Source: Promethearchaeota archaeon Loki_b31 (GTDB lineage: Archaea; Asgardarchaeota; Lokiarchaeia; Sigyniarchaeales; SOKP01). From it: a stretch of DNA of 60,636 nucleotides. Below, piece after piece: positions 9,641-19,640 of the stretch; within the stretch, counting starts at the first letter, position 1, and each line of letters opens with the position of its first letter. The stretch lies in NCBI GenBank assembly GCA_005222975.1, contig NJBI01000014.1:1-60636 (forward strand), given 5' to 3'. The notes beneath the pieces are model-generated. The model was not told where the DNA came from and searched no databases. It worked only from the letters and a program-made list of their open reading frames with translations. The translations under genes were made by a program, and so were the position numbers.

Positions 9641-12595
9641 TTGTTATCCGATAAAGAGAAGAAACAGCTCAAAAGTGCTCGTAATGATAAAGAACTAAAG
9701 AAGATATTTAAAACGATCGCTTCTAAGAAACCCGATGAATTTTTTCCAACCCAAGAGCTTAGGAACTTAGGTTACATTAGAAAACATTGTGAATGTTGTA
9801 GGGCTTATTTCTGGACAACCATTAAGGACCGAAAGGTATGCGGCGATCCTGCTTGTTCTGGCGGGTTTCAAGTTGCTGGAAAGCCACTAACGCATAAATT
9901 ATCCTATATTGGTGTATGGAATAAAATTGTAGAAATTTTAGAACCAAGAGGATATAAACCAATTAAGCGATACCCTTGCGTTGCGAGATGGAACCCTACT
10001 TCAGAATTTACAATAGCATCAATCTCAGCGTTTCAACCTTATGTAATCTCAGGTGAAGTTGAGCCACCAGCGAAAAAACTAATTATACCTCAATTTTGCT
10101 TACGGTTTAACGATATTGAGAATGTAGGAATCACTGGTTCGCACAACACGGGATTCGTGATGATAGGGCAGCATTTTTTCGGCACACCTCAAGAATGGAA
10201 TCAAGGACAGCTTTTTATGGATATACACGACTTTATTACCATAGGTGTGGGACTCTCAAAAGAAGAAATAACGATTCACGAAGATTCTTGGGCTGGTGGA
10301 GGTTCTTTTGGTTGTAGCCTTGAGTTTTTTAGTAGAGGTGTAGAATTATTCAATCAAGTCTATACGATGTTCGAACAGACCCCAAATGGACCACGGGAAC
10401 TGAGTCTTAAAGTTTTGGATATGGGGCTTGGTCAAGAACGCGTGGCGTGGTTTTCACAAGGTACTCCAAACATCTATGAAGCTATATTTCCATATGTTTT
10501 ATTAAAATTAAGGGAAATAACTAAAATAAATTTGGATTTTGATTTATACGATAAATTTTCAAAATATTCCGCATACTTAAATATCGACGAAGTAGACGAT
10601 ATGGATGCGGCATGGGAGAGTGTAGCCAAGGATTTAGAAATCTCAGTAAAAAAATTGAGAGAGAAGATCATGCCCATGACTGCAATCTATTCGATTGCCG
10701 ATCACGCGAGAAGTTTATTATTTGCTATAAACGATGGAAAACTCCCTTCTAACGTAGGAGGGGGGTATAATCTTAGAGTAATTTTTAGACGGGCTATAAG
10801 TTTTATCGATAAATTTAATTGGGATATAAATATCGCTGATGTTTGCAAATGGCACGCGGAAGAATTAAAAGAATTGTTTCCGGAAGTATCTGAGCATTTG
10901 GATAAAATTAGAGAAATTTTAAACGTAGAAAAAGACAAGTATTATAAAACAAAAAGAAAAGCCAGCAAAATTTTAGAAAAATTACTTTCTGAAGGAGATA
11001 TCTCAACCGCGACTTTAATTGAAATATACGATTCCAGAGGCATTAACCCTGAAATGGTTAAAGAAACCGCGGAAAAGTTCGGTAGAACCATAAAAATCCC
11101 AGATAATTTTTATAGTTTAGTAGTAGAAAGGCACGAAAAAATAGAGCAAATTCACGCAACAGAAAAACAAATTGAGTTAGATCTAAACGGTGTTCCAGAA
11201 ACCGAGTCTCTTTACTATTACGATTATACTAATACTTCAAACAACGCAAAAGTCCTAAAAATTATTGATAACATGGTAATTCTTGATCGATCTGTTGCTT
11301 ATCCTACTTCAGGAGGCCAATTACATGATGTTGGAACTATTAACGGTCAAAAATTTGATAAAGTGTTTAAGCAAAATAGCTATATCGTTCATATTTTATC
11401 TGAAAAACCTAGTTTTAAAGAAGGAGATACCGTTAAGATCGAAGTAGATAAAGAATGGAGGACTCAACTCTCGCAACACCATACGGCTACTCATATCGTT
11501 AATGCTGCGGCCCGTTATATATTAGGAGACCATATTAATCAAGCAGGGGCGAAAAAAACGCTTAAAAGATCTCATTTAGATATAACTCACTTTGCTAAAG
11601 TTCCCTATGACAAGTTAAAGGAAATAGAAAAAGAAGCAAATGAAATAGTAAACCAAGCAATCGATCTTAAGCTTTCTTTTATGCCTCGCTCAGATGCGGA
11701 ACAAAAATATGGAATGACGATCTACCAAGGGGGAGCAGTACCTGGTAAAAATATAAGGCTCGTAGAGGTTCCAGGAGTAGATGTGGAAGCTTGTGGTGGA
11801 ACGCATTTAAATAATACATCAGAAACTGGAAGAATTAAAATAACTAAATCCCAAAAGATTCAAGATGGCATAGTGAGATTGACCTTTACAGCAGGAAATG
11901 CGACAAAAGAACTTGAGCAAGAAGAGACTCTAATTTTAAACCAATTAGAATCGCTATTTAAAATTTCACGGGCTAAAATCGTTGGGAGAGTAGCTGAATT
12001 ATTAAACAAATGGAAAAACATAAATAAAGCCTTACAAACAGGAAAGGTTAAAAAAATTGATATGTCTTTAGATTCAAACAACACCTTTCAAGGAGATATC
12101 TTGACGGAATTATCTCAAATCCTTAACACAAAAAAAGAGGATATTCCGCTAAAAGTAAATAAGTTATTTAACGAATGGAAAGAAGCTAAAACCAAATTGC
12201 AGGATGTAGAAAACTTATTAAAAGAAAGTTACGTGGAAGAACTTATAAATTCAGCGTTCTCATTTGAAAATTCTAAAATGATTCTTAGATCCTTTGAAAA
12301 TCTTTCCCAAACCGATCTTAAAAATTTAAGCGTGAAAATTTTACAGAAATCCGAGAAATTAATTACACTTTTCATCAATAAGACCGAAAAAGGAATTACT
12401 CTAATGGGAATGATAGGGAAAAATCTTTTAGAAGAGATGGATTTCGAGATGGGAAAAGTAGTTCAGGAAATCGTTTCTAATTACGGTGGTAAGGGTGGTG
12501 GCAAGAAGGATTATGGTCAAGGATTTATCGATAATAAAGATTTAAGCGTCGAAGATCTGATTAAACGCATAAAAGAGAAATTAGATATAAAATAA
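9641..12595 (+). CDS. alaS: Alanyl-tRNA synthetase, archaeal type
   Basis: N-terminal CxxC...CGDPAC zinc motif, YPCVARW, QFCLRFNDI, editing HHTATH and EACGGTH, C-Ala GGKGGG. Confidence 0.96.
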   Translation: MLSDKEKKQLKSARNDKELKKIFKTIASKKPDEFFPTQELRNLGYIRKHCECCRAYFWTTIKDRKVCGDPACSGGFQVAGKPLTHKLSYIGVWNKIVEILEPRGYKPIKRYPCVARWNPTSEFTIASISAFQPYVISGEVEPPAKKLIIPQFCLRFNDIENVGITGSHNTGFVMIGQHFFGTPQEWNQGQLFMDIHDFITIGVGLSKEEITIHEDSWAGGGSFGCSLEFFSRGVELFNQVYTMFEQTPNGPRELSLKVLDMGLGQERVAWFSQGTPNIYEAIFPYVLLKLREITKINLDFDLYDKFSKYSAYLNIDEVDDMDAAWESVAKDLEISVKKLREKIMPMTAIYSIADHARSLLFAINDGKLPSNVGGGYNLRVIFRRAISFIDKFNWDINIADVCKWHAEELKELFPEVSEHLDKIREILNVEKDKYYKTKRKASKILEKLLSEGDISTATLIEIYDSRGINPEMVKETAEKFGRTIKIPDNFYSLVVERHEKIEQIHATEKQIELDLNGVPETESLYYYDYTNTSNNAKVLKIIDNMVILDRSVAYPTSGGQLHDVGTINGQKFDKVFKQNSYIVHILSEKPSFKEGDTVKIEVDKEWRTQLSQHHTATHIVNAAARYILGDHINQAGAKKTLKRSHLDITHFAKVPYDKLKEIEKEANEIVNQAIDLKLSFMPRSDAEQKYGMTIYQGGAVPGKNIRLVEVPGVDVEACGGTHLNNTSETGRIKITKSQKIQDGIVRLTFTAGNATKELEQEETLILNQLESLFKISRAKIVGRVAELLNKWKNINKALQTGKVKKIDMSLDSNNTFQGDILTELSQILNTKKEDIPLKVNKLFNEWKEAKTKLQDVENLLKESYVEELINSAFSFENSKMILRSFENLSQTDLKNLSVKILQKSEKLITLFINKTEKGITLMGMIGKNLLEEMDFEMGKVVQEIVSNYGGKGGGKKDYGQGFIDNKDLSVEDLIKRIKEKLDIK

Positions 12596-12719
12596 ATTGG
12601 ATACAGAATAAAACTATATTTTTTTAACGATCAAATATATAGGCAAACATCAAATTTTACAAAATACGCTTTTTTCTAACTTAAGCTTATATCCTTTATC
12701 TATATAGAATCTATATACT

Positions 12720-12944
12720 ATGTCGAAATCGCTTATAATTGATTATATCCTTATTCTATTTAAGTTGAAGAAAATAATTAATAATAAAATGTTTGAAGAG
12801 ATTTTAATAGATTTTAAAGAAGAAAAAGATAATAATGTAAGACATAAAAGCGATTCATCACAACCTCTTGAGAAATCTATTGATTACATTCTTGATCTGA
12901 TTAATCTAGATGTAGTTAAAATCTTAAAATATAATAGAATTTAA
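12720..12944 (+). CDS. Hypothetical small protein (possible start ATG 12789)
   Basis: ORF only; sits in tandem with the following zinc-finger sORF. Confidence 0.3.
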   Translation: MSKSLIIDYILILFKLKKIINNKMFEEILIDFKEEKDNNVRHKSDSSQPLEKSIDYILDLINLDVVKILKYNRI

Positions 12945-12958
12945 AGGTGAAATTTAAT

Positions 12959-13120
12959 ATGAAAATAATTTTTCAAGAATTTTCTTGTCCAGAATGTGGA
13001 AAGATTAGATGGCTTAAAATTAAAAATATATGTGTTGATTGTAGAGATAAACAAATACTTAACGAGATATCTCAAATTCGAAAAGTCAATAATATTTTTA
13101 ATAGAGAAGTATATGTGTAA
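12959..13120 (+). CDS. Small zinc-finger protein (53 aa; not in ORF track)
   Basis: MKIIFQEFSCPECGKIRWLKIKNICVDCRDKQ... with CxxC-x11-CxxC and SD AGGTGA at 12945-12950. Confidence 0.7.
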   Translation: MKIIFQEFSCPECGKIRWLKIKNICVDCRDKQILNEISQIRKVNNIFNREVYV

Positions 13121-13249
13121 AAATAGTACAAAAATATGGACTTTTTTTATATTCAAAATTTAGTACAAAAATTTCTTTAATATAATTTAAAATTTAATGT
13201 GCATTAAGATTATATAAAAATAATCTAAAGTAAGAGTTGTTATGTTAAT

Positions 13250-14056
13250 ATGGTGAATCTCATACACATTAGCGATTTGCACTATGGTTCCGAGTTTGTA
13301 CCCGAATATATGGAAAATATAATTAAATACATTGAAGATGAATCGCCTGATGCTGTTATTTGTACTGGAGATATTATTCATAAAGGAAGAATTTCTCAAT
13401 TTAAAGGAATATTACCTTATCTGAAAAGAATTCGAGAATGCACAAGATTCCTAGCAGTACCTGGAAACCACGATGTAAAGAATAGCGGAATAATCTTTTT
13501 TGAAAAACTTATTGGTCCTAGAAGATCAAGATTAATTATTGATGATAAGGACACTTTAATTGTTGGAATCTGCACTGCCAGAGACGATATCGCTCATGGA
13601 GAATGTGGAGATGAGCAGTTGGATTGGTGTGGCAGACAATTCGATAAAAATTTAGAGAATAGAATATTAGCACTTCATCATCATCTAATCCCTGTTCCTT
13701 TATCTGGGCAAAAATTCACAACTGTGAGAGATGCGGGAGAATTACTTGAATTTACTCAACTATTTGAGATTGATTTAGTATTAATGGGGCATAGGCACGT
13801 TCCGCACGCTTATGTAATTGGTCCAACGACTTTTCTTTATTGTGGTACTTCCACTTCTAAAAAAATCCGAGCTGACGATAGTCCTAGCTTTAACCATATT
13901 ATATTGAATGAAGGCGATATAGAAGTTCATATGGTAAATTCTACAAATCTCGAAAGAGCTCTACTTCTGGAACGAAAATTAAGTCGGACAACATTTGTTA
14001 GACCACGTCGAACGCGTATCGAACACTTATTAAGCTCTTCCGTGTGGGATGATTAA
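13250..14056 (+). CDS. Calcineurin-like metallophosphoesterase (Icc/CpdA-like)
   Basis: DLH, GD, GNHD, HHH and GHRH motifs. Confidence 0.92.
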   Translation: MVNLIHISDLHYGSEFVPEYMENIIKYIEDESPDAVICTGDIIHKGRISQFKGILPYLKRIRECTRFLAVPGNHDVKNSGIIFFEKLIGPRRSRLIIDDKDTLIVGICTARDDIAHGECGDEQLDWCGRQFDKNLENRILALHHHLIPVPLSGQKFTTVRDAGELLEFTQLFEIDLVLMGHRHVPHAYVIGPTTFLYCGTSTSKKIRADDSPSFNHIILNEGDIEVHMVNSTNLERALLLERKLSRTTFVRPRRTRIEHLLSSSVWDD

Positions 14057-14058
14057 TT

Positions 14059-14478
14059 ATGCCAAAACCCTTAACTCCATTACTAACAGTTGACGCCGTT
14101 ATATTATTTCAGCAAAATTCTATTGTTCTAATTCGTAGAAAAAATCCACCTTTTAAAGGTGAATTGGCTTTGCCGGGAGGGTTTGTAGACATAGGCGAGA
14201 CTATAGAAAATGCGTGCATTAGAGAAGCTTATGAAGAAACAAACATTAACGTAAAATTAATTAAACTTATAGGTGTTTTTTCAGATCCTAATCGCGATCC
14301 GAGAGGCCACACTGTTTCAATAGCTTTTTTATGTGAACCTTTATCCAAAACTGAAAAACCATTTGCAAAAGACGATGCTCAATCTTTAGAAATTGTTCCG
14401 ATATCAAAATTGGCATCCTTAAAACTAGCGTTTGATCACTTAGACATAATAAAAACATCTGGAATTTTAAAAAAGTAG
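14059..14478 (+). CDS. NUDIX hydrolase (ADP-ribose pyrophosphatase-like)
   Basis: GGFVDIGETIENACIREAYEET Nudix box, RDPR and LAFDH. Confidence 0.92.
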   Translation: MPKPLTPLLTVDAVILFQQNSIVLIRRKNPPFKGELALPGGFVDIGETIENACIREAYEETNINVKLIKLIGVFSDPNRDPRGHTVSIAFLCEPLSKTEKPFAKDDAQSLEIVPISKLASLKLAFDHLDIIKTSGILKK

Positions 14479-14482
14479 AGAA

Positions 14483-15277
14483 TTATACCTGTTGTTCTTC
14501 AAAAAAATTTTTGAAACAGGTGCAACAAGGAATTCTAATCGAAATTTTATTAGAATATTCGATATTCTCTAAATTATCAATTAGCCTTAGTAAGTTCTCT
14601 CTCAATCTCATTGTCTCGGGGTTACGTTTGTTATAATAGACATTTTTCAAATCTCTGCTACTATGATTTATCTTCTTACAAATAGGACATCGTTCAAACA
14701 ATTTTTCTATCAATTTAAACTTTTCATCATCGAACTCTTTGGGAATATAAAAATCATTAAGAGGATAATTTAAATCTATTTTTTGAACTATTTCTCTGAA
14801 AATTTCATCTTTTTTTTCATCATTATTAGAAGTAGATGTAAAAAAAGCGCACTCAAGACCTTCTCTCGCAACTAGATCGTTAATTTCTTCATTTGAAACT
14901 TCTGTTTTTTCTAAGTCTGCTTTTGTTCCAATTAAAATTATGGGAATCTCTCCCGCACTCTCTCGAAAAAGAGTGATCCACCTATTTAAATCTAAAAAAG
15001 AATTTTTATCAGATAAATCAAAACATATTAATCCCGCACACGCACCTCGACAAAACATTGGGAAAAGGAATCTGAATCTTTCTCGATCTTTTAAATCCCA
15101 GACAAGAAATTTATATAAATCCCCATCGTTGGCGTAACAATTTACAGACTCAAATGAAACACCAATCGGAGTGTCTTCTTTTCGATGCCAATTTATGAAC
15201 GAGCTCTTGCCTGAATTTTGAGCCCCTCCTAAAATTAATTTTAACTTATACAACTTTGGCATTAAAAGTTCCCTCAC
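14483..15277 (-). CDS. Divergent Rab/Ras-like small GTPase with C-terminal Cys-rich domain
   Basis: G1 GAQNSGKSS, G3 region WDLKDRERFR, G4 GTKAD, and C-terminal CPIC...CCTC. Confidence 0.8.
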   Translation of the reverse strand: MRELLMPKLYKLKLILGGAQNSGKSSFINWHRKEDTPIGVSFESVNCYANDGDLYKFLVWDLKDRERFRFLFPMFCRGACAGLICFDLSDKNSFLDLNRWITLFRESAGEIPIILIGTKADLEKTEVSNEEINDLVAREGLECAFFTSTSNNDEKKDEIFREIVQKIDLNYPLNDFYIPKEFDDEKFKLIEKLFERCPICKKINHSSRDLKNVYYNKRNPETMRLRENLLRLIDNLENIEYSNKISIRIPCCTCFKNFFEEQQV

Positions 15278-15344
15278 TCATTATATTAGAATGTTAAAAA
15301 CACTCCTTGTTTTAAATACCAATCTACTCTAAAAAGCTTTGTTA

Positions 15345-15725
15345 CTATTTAATTTCATATAAATTGCCAAATTTATCTTTTAAAAATAAGTAAAAAACAT
15401 CGCTGTTTTTTCTCGGCACTTTAATTACTTCGTAATTCATTTGCCTTGCAATATCTATTAGTTTAGCTCTATCCTCTATTACTAAACACATATGGGTGAA
15501 TTTATCTAAAGCTTTACTTTTATCGTCAGTAATAAATACTTCAACACTTACCCCCTCGTTGCCGTACCTGATTACCTTGTTTTCATTTTTAACTTTGAAA
15601 AATTGTTCCATTAGGTCGCTTGATACTACGAAAGATCTCAACTTTTTCAATCCCAATAATTTGATAAAAAAATTATCGCTATCTTCTTCGGAATTTGAAG
15701 AAACAGCCAAGTGTTCAATTTTCAA
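15345..15725 (-). CDS. VOC/glyoxalase family protein
   Basis: IEHLAV, FTHMCL and FLKDKFGNLYEI motifs. Confidence 0.85.
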   Translation of the reverse strand: MKIEHLAVSSNSEEDSDNFFIKLLGLKKLRSFVVSSDLMEQFFKVKNENKVIRYGNEGVSVEVFITDDKSKALDKFTHMCLVIEDRAKLIDIARQMNYEVIKVPRKNSDVFYLFLKDKFGNLYEIK

Positions 15726-15976
15726 CCTATAAATCGCCTTTACTCTTTTAATTTTTCTGAATTATCTTCAATATATAATAAATAAGATAAATATAATTAA
15801 AAAAAATTAGATTTTTTTCAAATAACAATCAATTCCTACTAATTAGAGAAAATTATACTTTAACACTTTCAATTATTAACATATTACTTTTTTTAGATGA
15901 AACTTTAATAATTTTTAGAGTTTAATACTTATTAATTTTAAAAAAATTTGATGCTCTAAAGTTAAGGGATTCTTGA

Positions 15977-16840
15977 ATGACTAATGTAAACGAAGAAGTT
16001 TTCTTAAATAAGTTGTATGATGTTGTATATAAACTCTCCACTATAGCGAAAACCCAATCTTATCGATTTAAAAAAGAATGGGACGAAAACCTTGATTCCT
16101 TAAAAGAAAAACCTCATTTAGTTCGCCAGATTCCCGTAAAGAAAGAAAAGTTCTTAACTGATATTGAATATAGGATTAAGATTTTAAATACAGTAAAACT
16201 AACATTTGAAGACGGGGTTCACTCGATAAAATCATTGCTAAACGCGTTATATAGTTCTTATTTTAACGACTCTGATATTTTCACAAGTAGTTTTACTGAG
16301 CAGGATCAAATTACTCTCAAATACTTAGTTGCAAAAGAAATTTTAGGTAATTTAATTCAATATAACCAATTAGATCATAAATCTGTACCATTAAAATATA
16401 ACATCTTAGCTAGAACTTATTTATTAATAAAATTTAAAGGTCAGAGAGACACAGAAATTCTCGAAAATCTCAAAAAAATTAATATAAAACTAAAACTTTC
16501 TAAATTGAAAAAGATTATGGAAGAAATAATATCAGATGGGTTTATTAATAAAACTAAGAAAGGTAGATATCTTTATTATCACTTACAACAAGAATTGGAC
16601 TTATCTGAAGAAGGTAAAAAAACTTTTAATCAAACTATTCGACCTTTAGTAGATTGGCCAACATTATTTTATCGTAGCTATTATAACGTAAGAGAATTAA
16701 ATGTTACAGTGGATGGCGATTGTAAGTATCCAGATTACTTGAATAAAGTTTTATTAAAAGCGGCTACACAAGGTTATTTAGCATGTCACTATATTTTTAA
16801 TAATTTAGTAAGATATTACGAGAAATTAAAGGAAGTATAG
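15977..16840 (+). CDS. Hypothetical protein, possible winged-helix region
   Basis: Long clean ORF with a wHTH-like segment (KIMEEIISDGFINKTKKGRYLYY). Confidence 0.65.
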   Translation: MTNVNEEVFLNKLYDVVYKLSTIAKTQSYRFKKEWDENLDSLKEKPHLVRQIPVKKEKFLTDIEYRIKILNTVKLTFEDGVHSIKSLLNALYSSYFNDSDIFTSSFTEQDQITLKYLVAKEILGNLIQYNQLDHKSVPLKYNILARTYLLIKFKGQRDTEILENLKKINIKLKLSKLKKIMEEIISDGFINKTKKGRYLYYHLQQELDLSEEGKKTFNQTIRPLVDWPTLFYRSYYNVRELNVTVDGDCKYPDYLNKVLLKAATQGYLACHYIFNNLVRYYEKLKEV

Positions 16841-16869
16841 TACTATTCTCTGATTTTATTATAATTTTT

Positions 16870-17781
16870 TTAAAATGTTGAGAAATTTTTAGATTTTTTA
16901 ATTGGAATTTCGAACTTCTCCAATAAAGGAATTAAGTGTTTTTTATCGTCTGAATTCGTGCCTTTCCAGTCTATTATGAAATAATCAACTTTTTCTAATG
17001 TGTTAGAGATCATCAATTCGATTAATTTTTCGTCTAATTCTTGAATGTAATATTTTGGACAAATAAATGACATTGCTACATCGTTGTTAGTAATTAACCT
17101 ATTAAAATTTGGAGCGTAGTGAGTCCCACCAAACCCAAGACCTACTTGTTGGTTTTTATCTTCTTTAAAGATAAGATATTTAAATATAGAATTAATTATA
17201 GCGTTCGCTACGAGCACACCGACTTCATCAATTATCCATTCCTTTTTGCTACTTCCTAGTTCTATAAAAATTAATGGTATGTCTAAAATTGTCGGACCGT
17301 GGTGAGTTACCTCAATATCCAAAGAATAATTTGGATTATCTAGAAGGGTGATCTGTTCTTTTAAAGAAACAAAGCCAGCTTTATGAAATAAAGCACTTGT
17401 TTTGGATAAATCGCGAGGTTTGCCTCCAAAATCCGCGTTATTACTCCAATTTCCCGTACTATGAATTAATAGTGCTGGACGCGCGGTTCTTGAGGTATGC
17501 CTGCTTGCAAAAATTAAAATATCTGGTTTAAGTTTAGTATCAATAAAATTCAAATTTTCTAAGAAAATCAATGGTTTCTCTGTCAAACCTAAATAGATTT
17601 GGTTATTATTAAGGAATTCATCCTTTTTGTTTTCAAAAGCAACATCTTCTAATATAAATAAAGGATTCTCATGCCATATAGTAGTAGTTTCTTTAAACGA
17701 GTATGTTATAGAATTTAAAAACTTATTTCGCATATTCATGGAAGCTTTGTCTTCTTTCGAAGTAATAATAAAGAATTGAAT
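16870..17781 (-). CDS. dtdA: D-aminoacyl-tRNA deacylase (archaeal DtdA/GEK1); 5' extended to ATT 17781
   Basis: FASRH, HSTGN, EVTHHGP, FIELGS and GFGGTHY motifs. The in-frame upstream IQFFIITSKEDKASMN matches the family N-terminus. Confidence 0.9.
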   Translation of the reverse strand: MQFFIITSKEDKASMNMRNKFLNSITYSFKETTTIWHENPLFILEDVAFENKKDEFLNNNQIYLGLTEKPLIFLENLNFIDTKLKPDILIFASRHTSRTARPALLIHSTGNWSNNADFGGKPRDLSKTSALFHKAGFVSLKEQITLLDNPNYSLDIEVTHHGPTILDIPLIFIELGSSKKEWIIDEVGVLVANAIINSIFKYLIFKEDKNQQVGLGFGGTHYAPNFNRLITNNDVAMSFICPKYYIQELDEKLIELMISNTLEKVDYFIIDWKGTNSDDKKHLIPLLEKFEIPIKKSKNFSTF

Positions 17782-17899
17782 TGATAATCAACATGGAAAT
17801 ATAAATTTCTTTAATTAATAAACAAAATTCACAAGAAATAAATAATTTTATAATTTAATTCTAAAAACTTTAAAAATTGTAACTATATTAAAATATGTA

Positions 17900-18862
17900 A
17901 TGACGATTAGTTTTGCATTTTTAGCAGTTATTTCGATAATTTTTGGAGTTCTTTTTTTCATAATCGAGTTTTATCAACGTACACATCCTAAACTCAATAT
18001 TTCCTTAATTGCAGGTATATCTATCTCTTATTTCTTCTTAATTCTCCTTCCCGAAATCGCAGAAAATATTCCTCAATTTCCTTTAGGGCTCAAACTTTTT
18101 GAGTACCTATTTGTGCTAATTGGTTTTGTATTCGTTCATGTTTCTGAAAAATTAATTTTACAAAAAGTGGAATCTAAATCGCAAAAAAGGATGCGAAAAT
18201 TAATCGTAAAAGAAAAGACCTTAGAAGAAGTGGAAAGAAATATCGAAAAAATATTAACAAAAGAATTAGAACACGATGATCTAGATACTATAGCTCTGAA
18301 AGACATCTCTCAAACTATATCTGCCCTAAATGAACAGGAACAAGAATTCAAAACCGAGATCAATCGTTATAAATCAAAGATTCAGAATCATATTAACGAA
18401 GAATTAGCCAAACTTCGATTTTTTACCAACTTCACTTATCATTTTCTCGTAGGGATTATTGTAGTTGGTCTATTAGCTATTGATTTAATTACGGGGATAT
18501 TATTTTTCCTATTTGCTTGGTTTAGAGCAATTATTACAAATAGATCTGAAAGTCATCTCATATTTACTGATTTGGAAATTTATGAAACTTTTAGTTATGA
18601 AGATAATATTACAAAAAAATATATCCTAGCTTTTGCAAATTTAATAGGCATTTTAATTGGAATAGGTTTAGATTTAATATATTTTGAATATACAGAGATG
18701 TTTTATATCTTATTTTCATTTATTTCGGGAGTAATTTTATATACTATTGTACGAGAAGTTATTCCTGAAAAAGAAAAAGGAAAGCCTTTATACTTTTTAA
18801 TTGGATTTGTTGGCTTCACTGTGGTTATTTTTATTTTAAATATTTTCACAAGTTTATTATAA
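17900..18862 (+). CDS. ZIP-like membrane protein with coiled-coil insertion
   Basis: LIAGISISYFFLILLPE and ISGVILYTIVREVIPE ZIP-like segments flanking a ~90-aa charged helical loop. Confidence 0.6.
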   Translation: MTISFAFLAVISIIFGVLFFIIEFYQRTHPKLNISLIAGISISYFFLILLPEIAENIPQFPLGLKLFEYLFVLIGFVFVHVSEKLILQKVESKSQKRMRKLIVKEKTLEEVERNIEKILTKELEHDDLDTIALKDISQTISALNEQEQEFKTEINRYKSKIQNHINEELAKLRFFTNFTYHFLVGIIVVGLLAIDLITGILFFLFAWFRAIITNRSESHLIFTDLEIYETFSYEDNITKKYILAFANLIGILIGIGLDLIYFEYTEMFYILFSFISGVILYTIVREVIPEKEKGKPLYFLIGFVGFTVVIFILNIFTSLL

Positions 18863-19049
18863 AAATTTAATAAAACGATATCTTCCCAAAATTATATTCT
18901 AATCATATTCTAAATATTCTAAGGAAAATGATTTATAAAATAAAATAACTTGATCATAACAATTCATATTGTTTAAGCTAAAATTTAAATAAATTTTAAT
19001 TTCATAGAAACAAAATTTAAATTAAAATAGCTTCTCTAGGAATAAGACT

Positions 19050-19619
19050 ATGATAAAAAAAACTTTTAAAGAAATTTTAGGTATTGATGATGACGATTAT
19101 AAAATCATAGAAATGATTGAGAAACAACCAGATATAACCCATTCTAAAATTGCTCAAGAAATAGAAAAATCCCAACCCGCAGTAGGGGCTCGAATTATTA
19201 AGTTAGAACGAAAGGGGTTACTTACAAAACAAGTTGGCTTCAACATTAAAAAAGTAGATATCAAGGTTGCTATTGTTTTTGTCTCAACTAAAGATGTGGA
19301 ATCTATTGTAAACAAAATTGAAAACTGCCCTTTTGTCAATCATGCCTTCAAAATCTCGGGTGAATTTAATTTATTATGCTTTGTTGCTGCTTCCGATCTC
19401 CAAACCATCGAAAAGGTAGTTGATCTATGTTTTAGAAAAGATCCAAATGTTATCAATGTAAAAACCAATATTTTAATAGATTCTATACATGATTTTGTAA
19501 TTCCAATTGATTTTCAAATAGAAAAGTTTGATTACTATTCAAATATTTGTGGTCCTGATTGTAATTTAAACGTAAATCTTCCTAAATATAAATTTACAAA
19601 AGTAGAAGAAGAAGATTAA
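19050..19619 (+). CDS. Lrp/AsnC family transcriptional regulator
   Basis: N-terminal HTH (SQPAVGARIIKLERKG) and a RAM domain (ISGEFNL). Confidence 0.9.
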   Translation: MIKKTFKEILGIDDDDYKIIEMIEKQPDITHSKIAQEIEKSQPAVGARIIKLERKGLLTKQVGFNIKKVDIKVAIVFVSTKDVESIVNKIENCPFVNHAFKISGEFNLLCFVAASDLQTIEKVVDLCFRKDPNVINVKTNILIDSIHDFVIPIDFQIEKFDYYSNICGPDCNLNVNLPKYKFTKVEEED

Positions 19620-19640
19620 TTAGTAATTCAAAACGAATTT

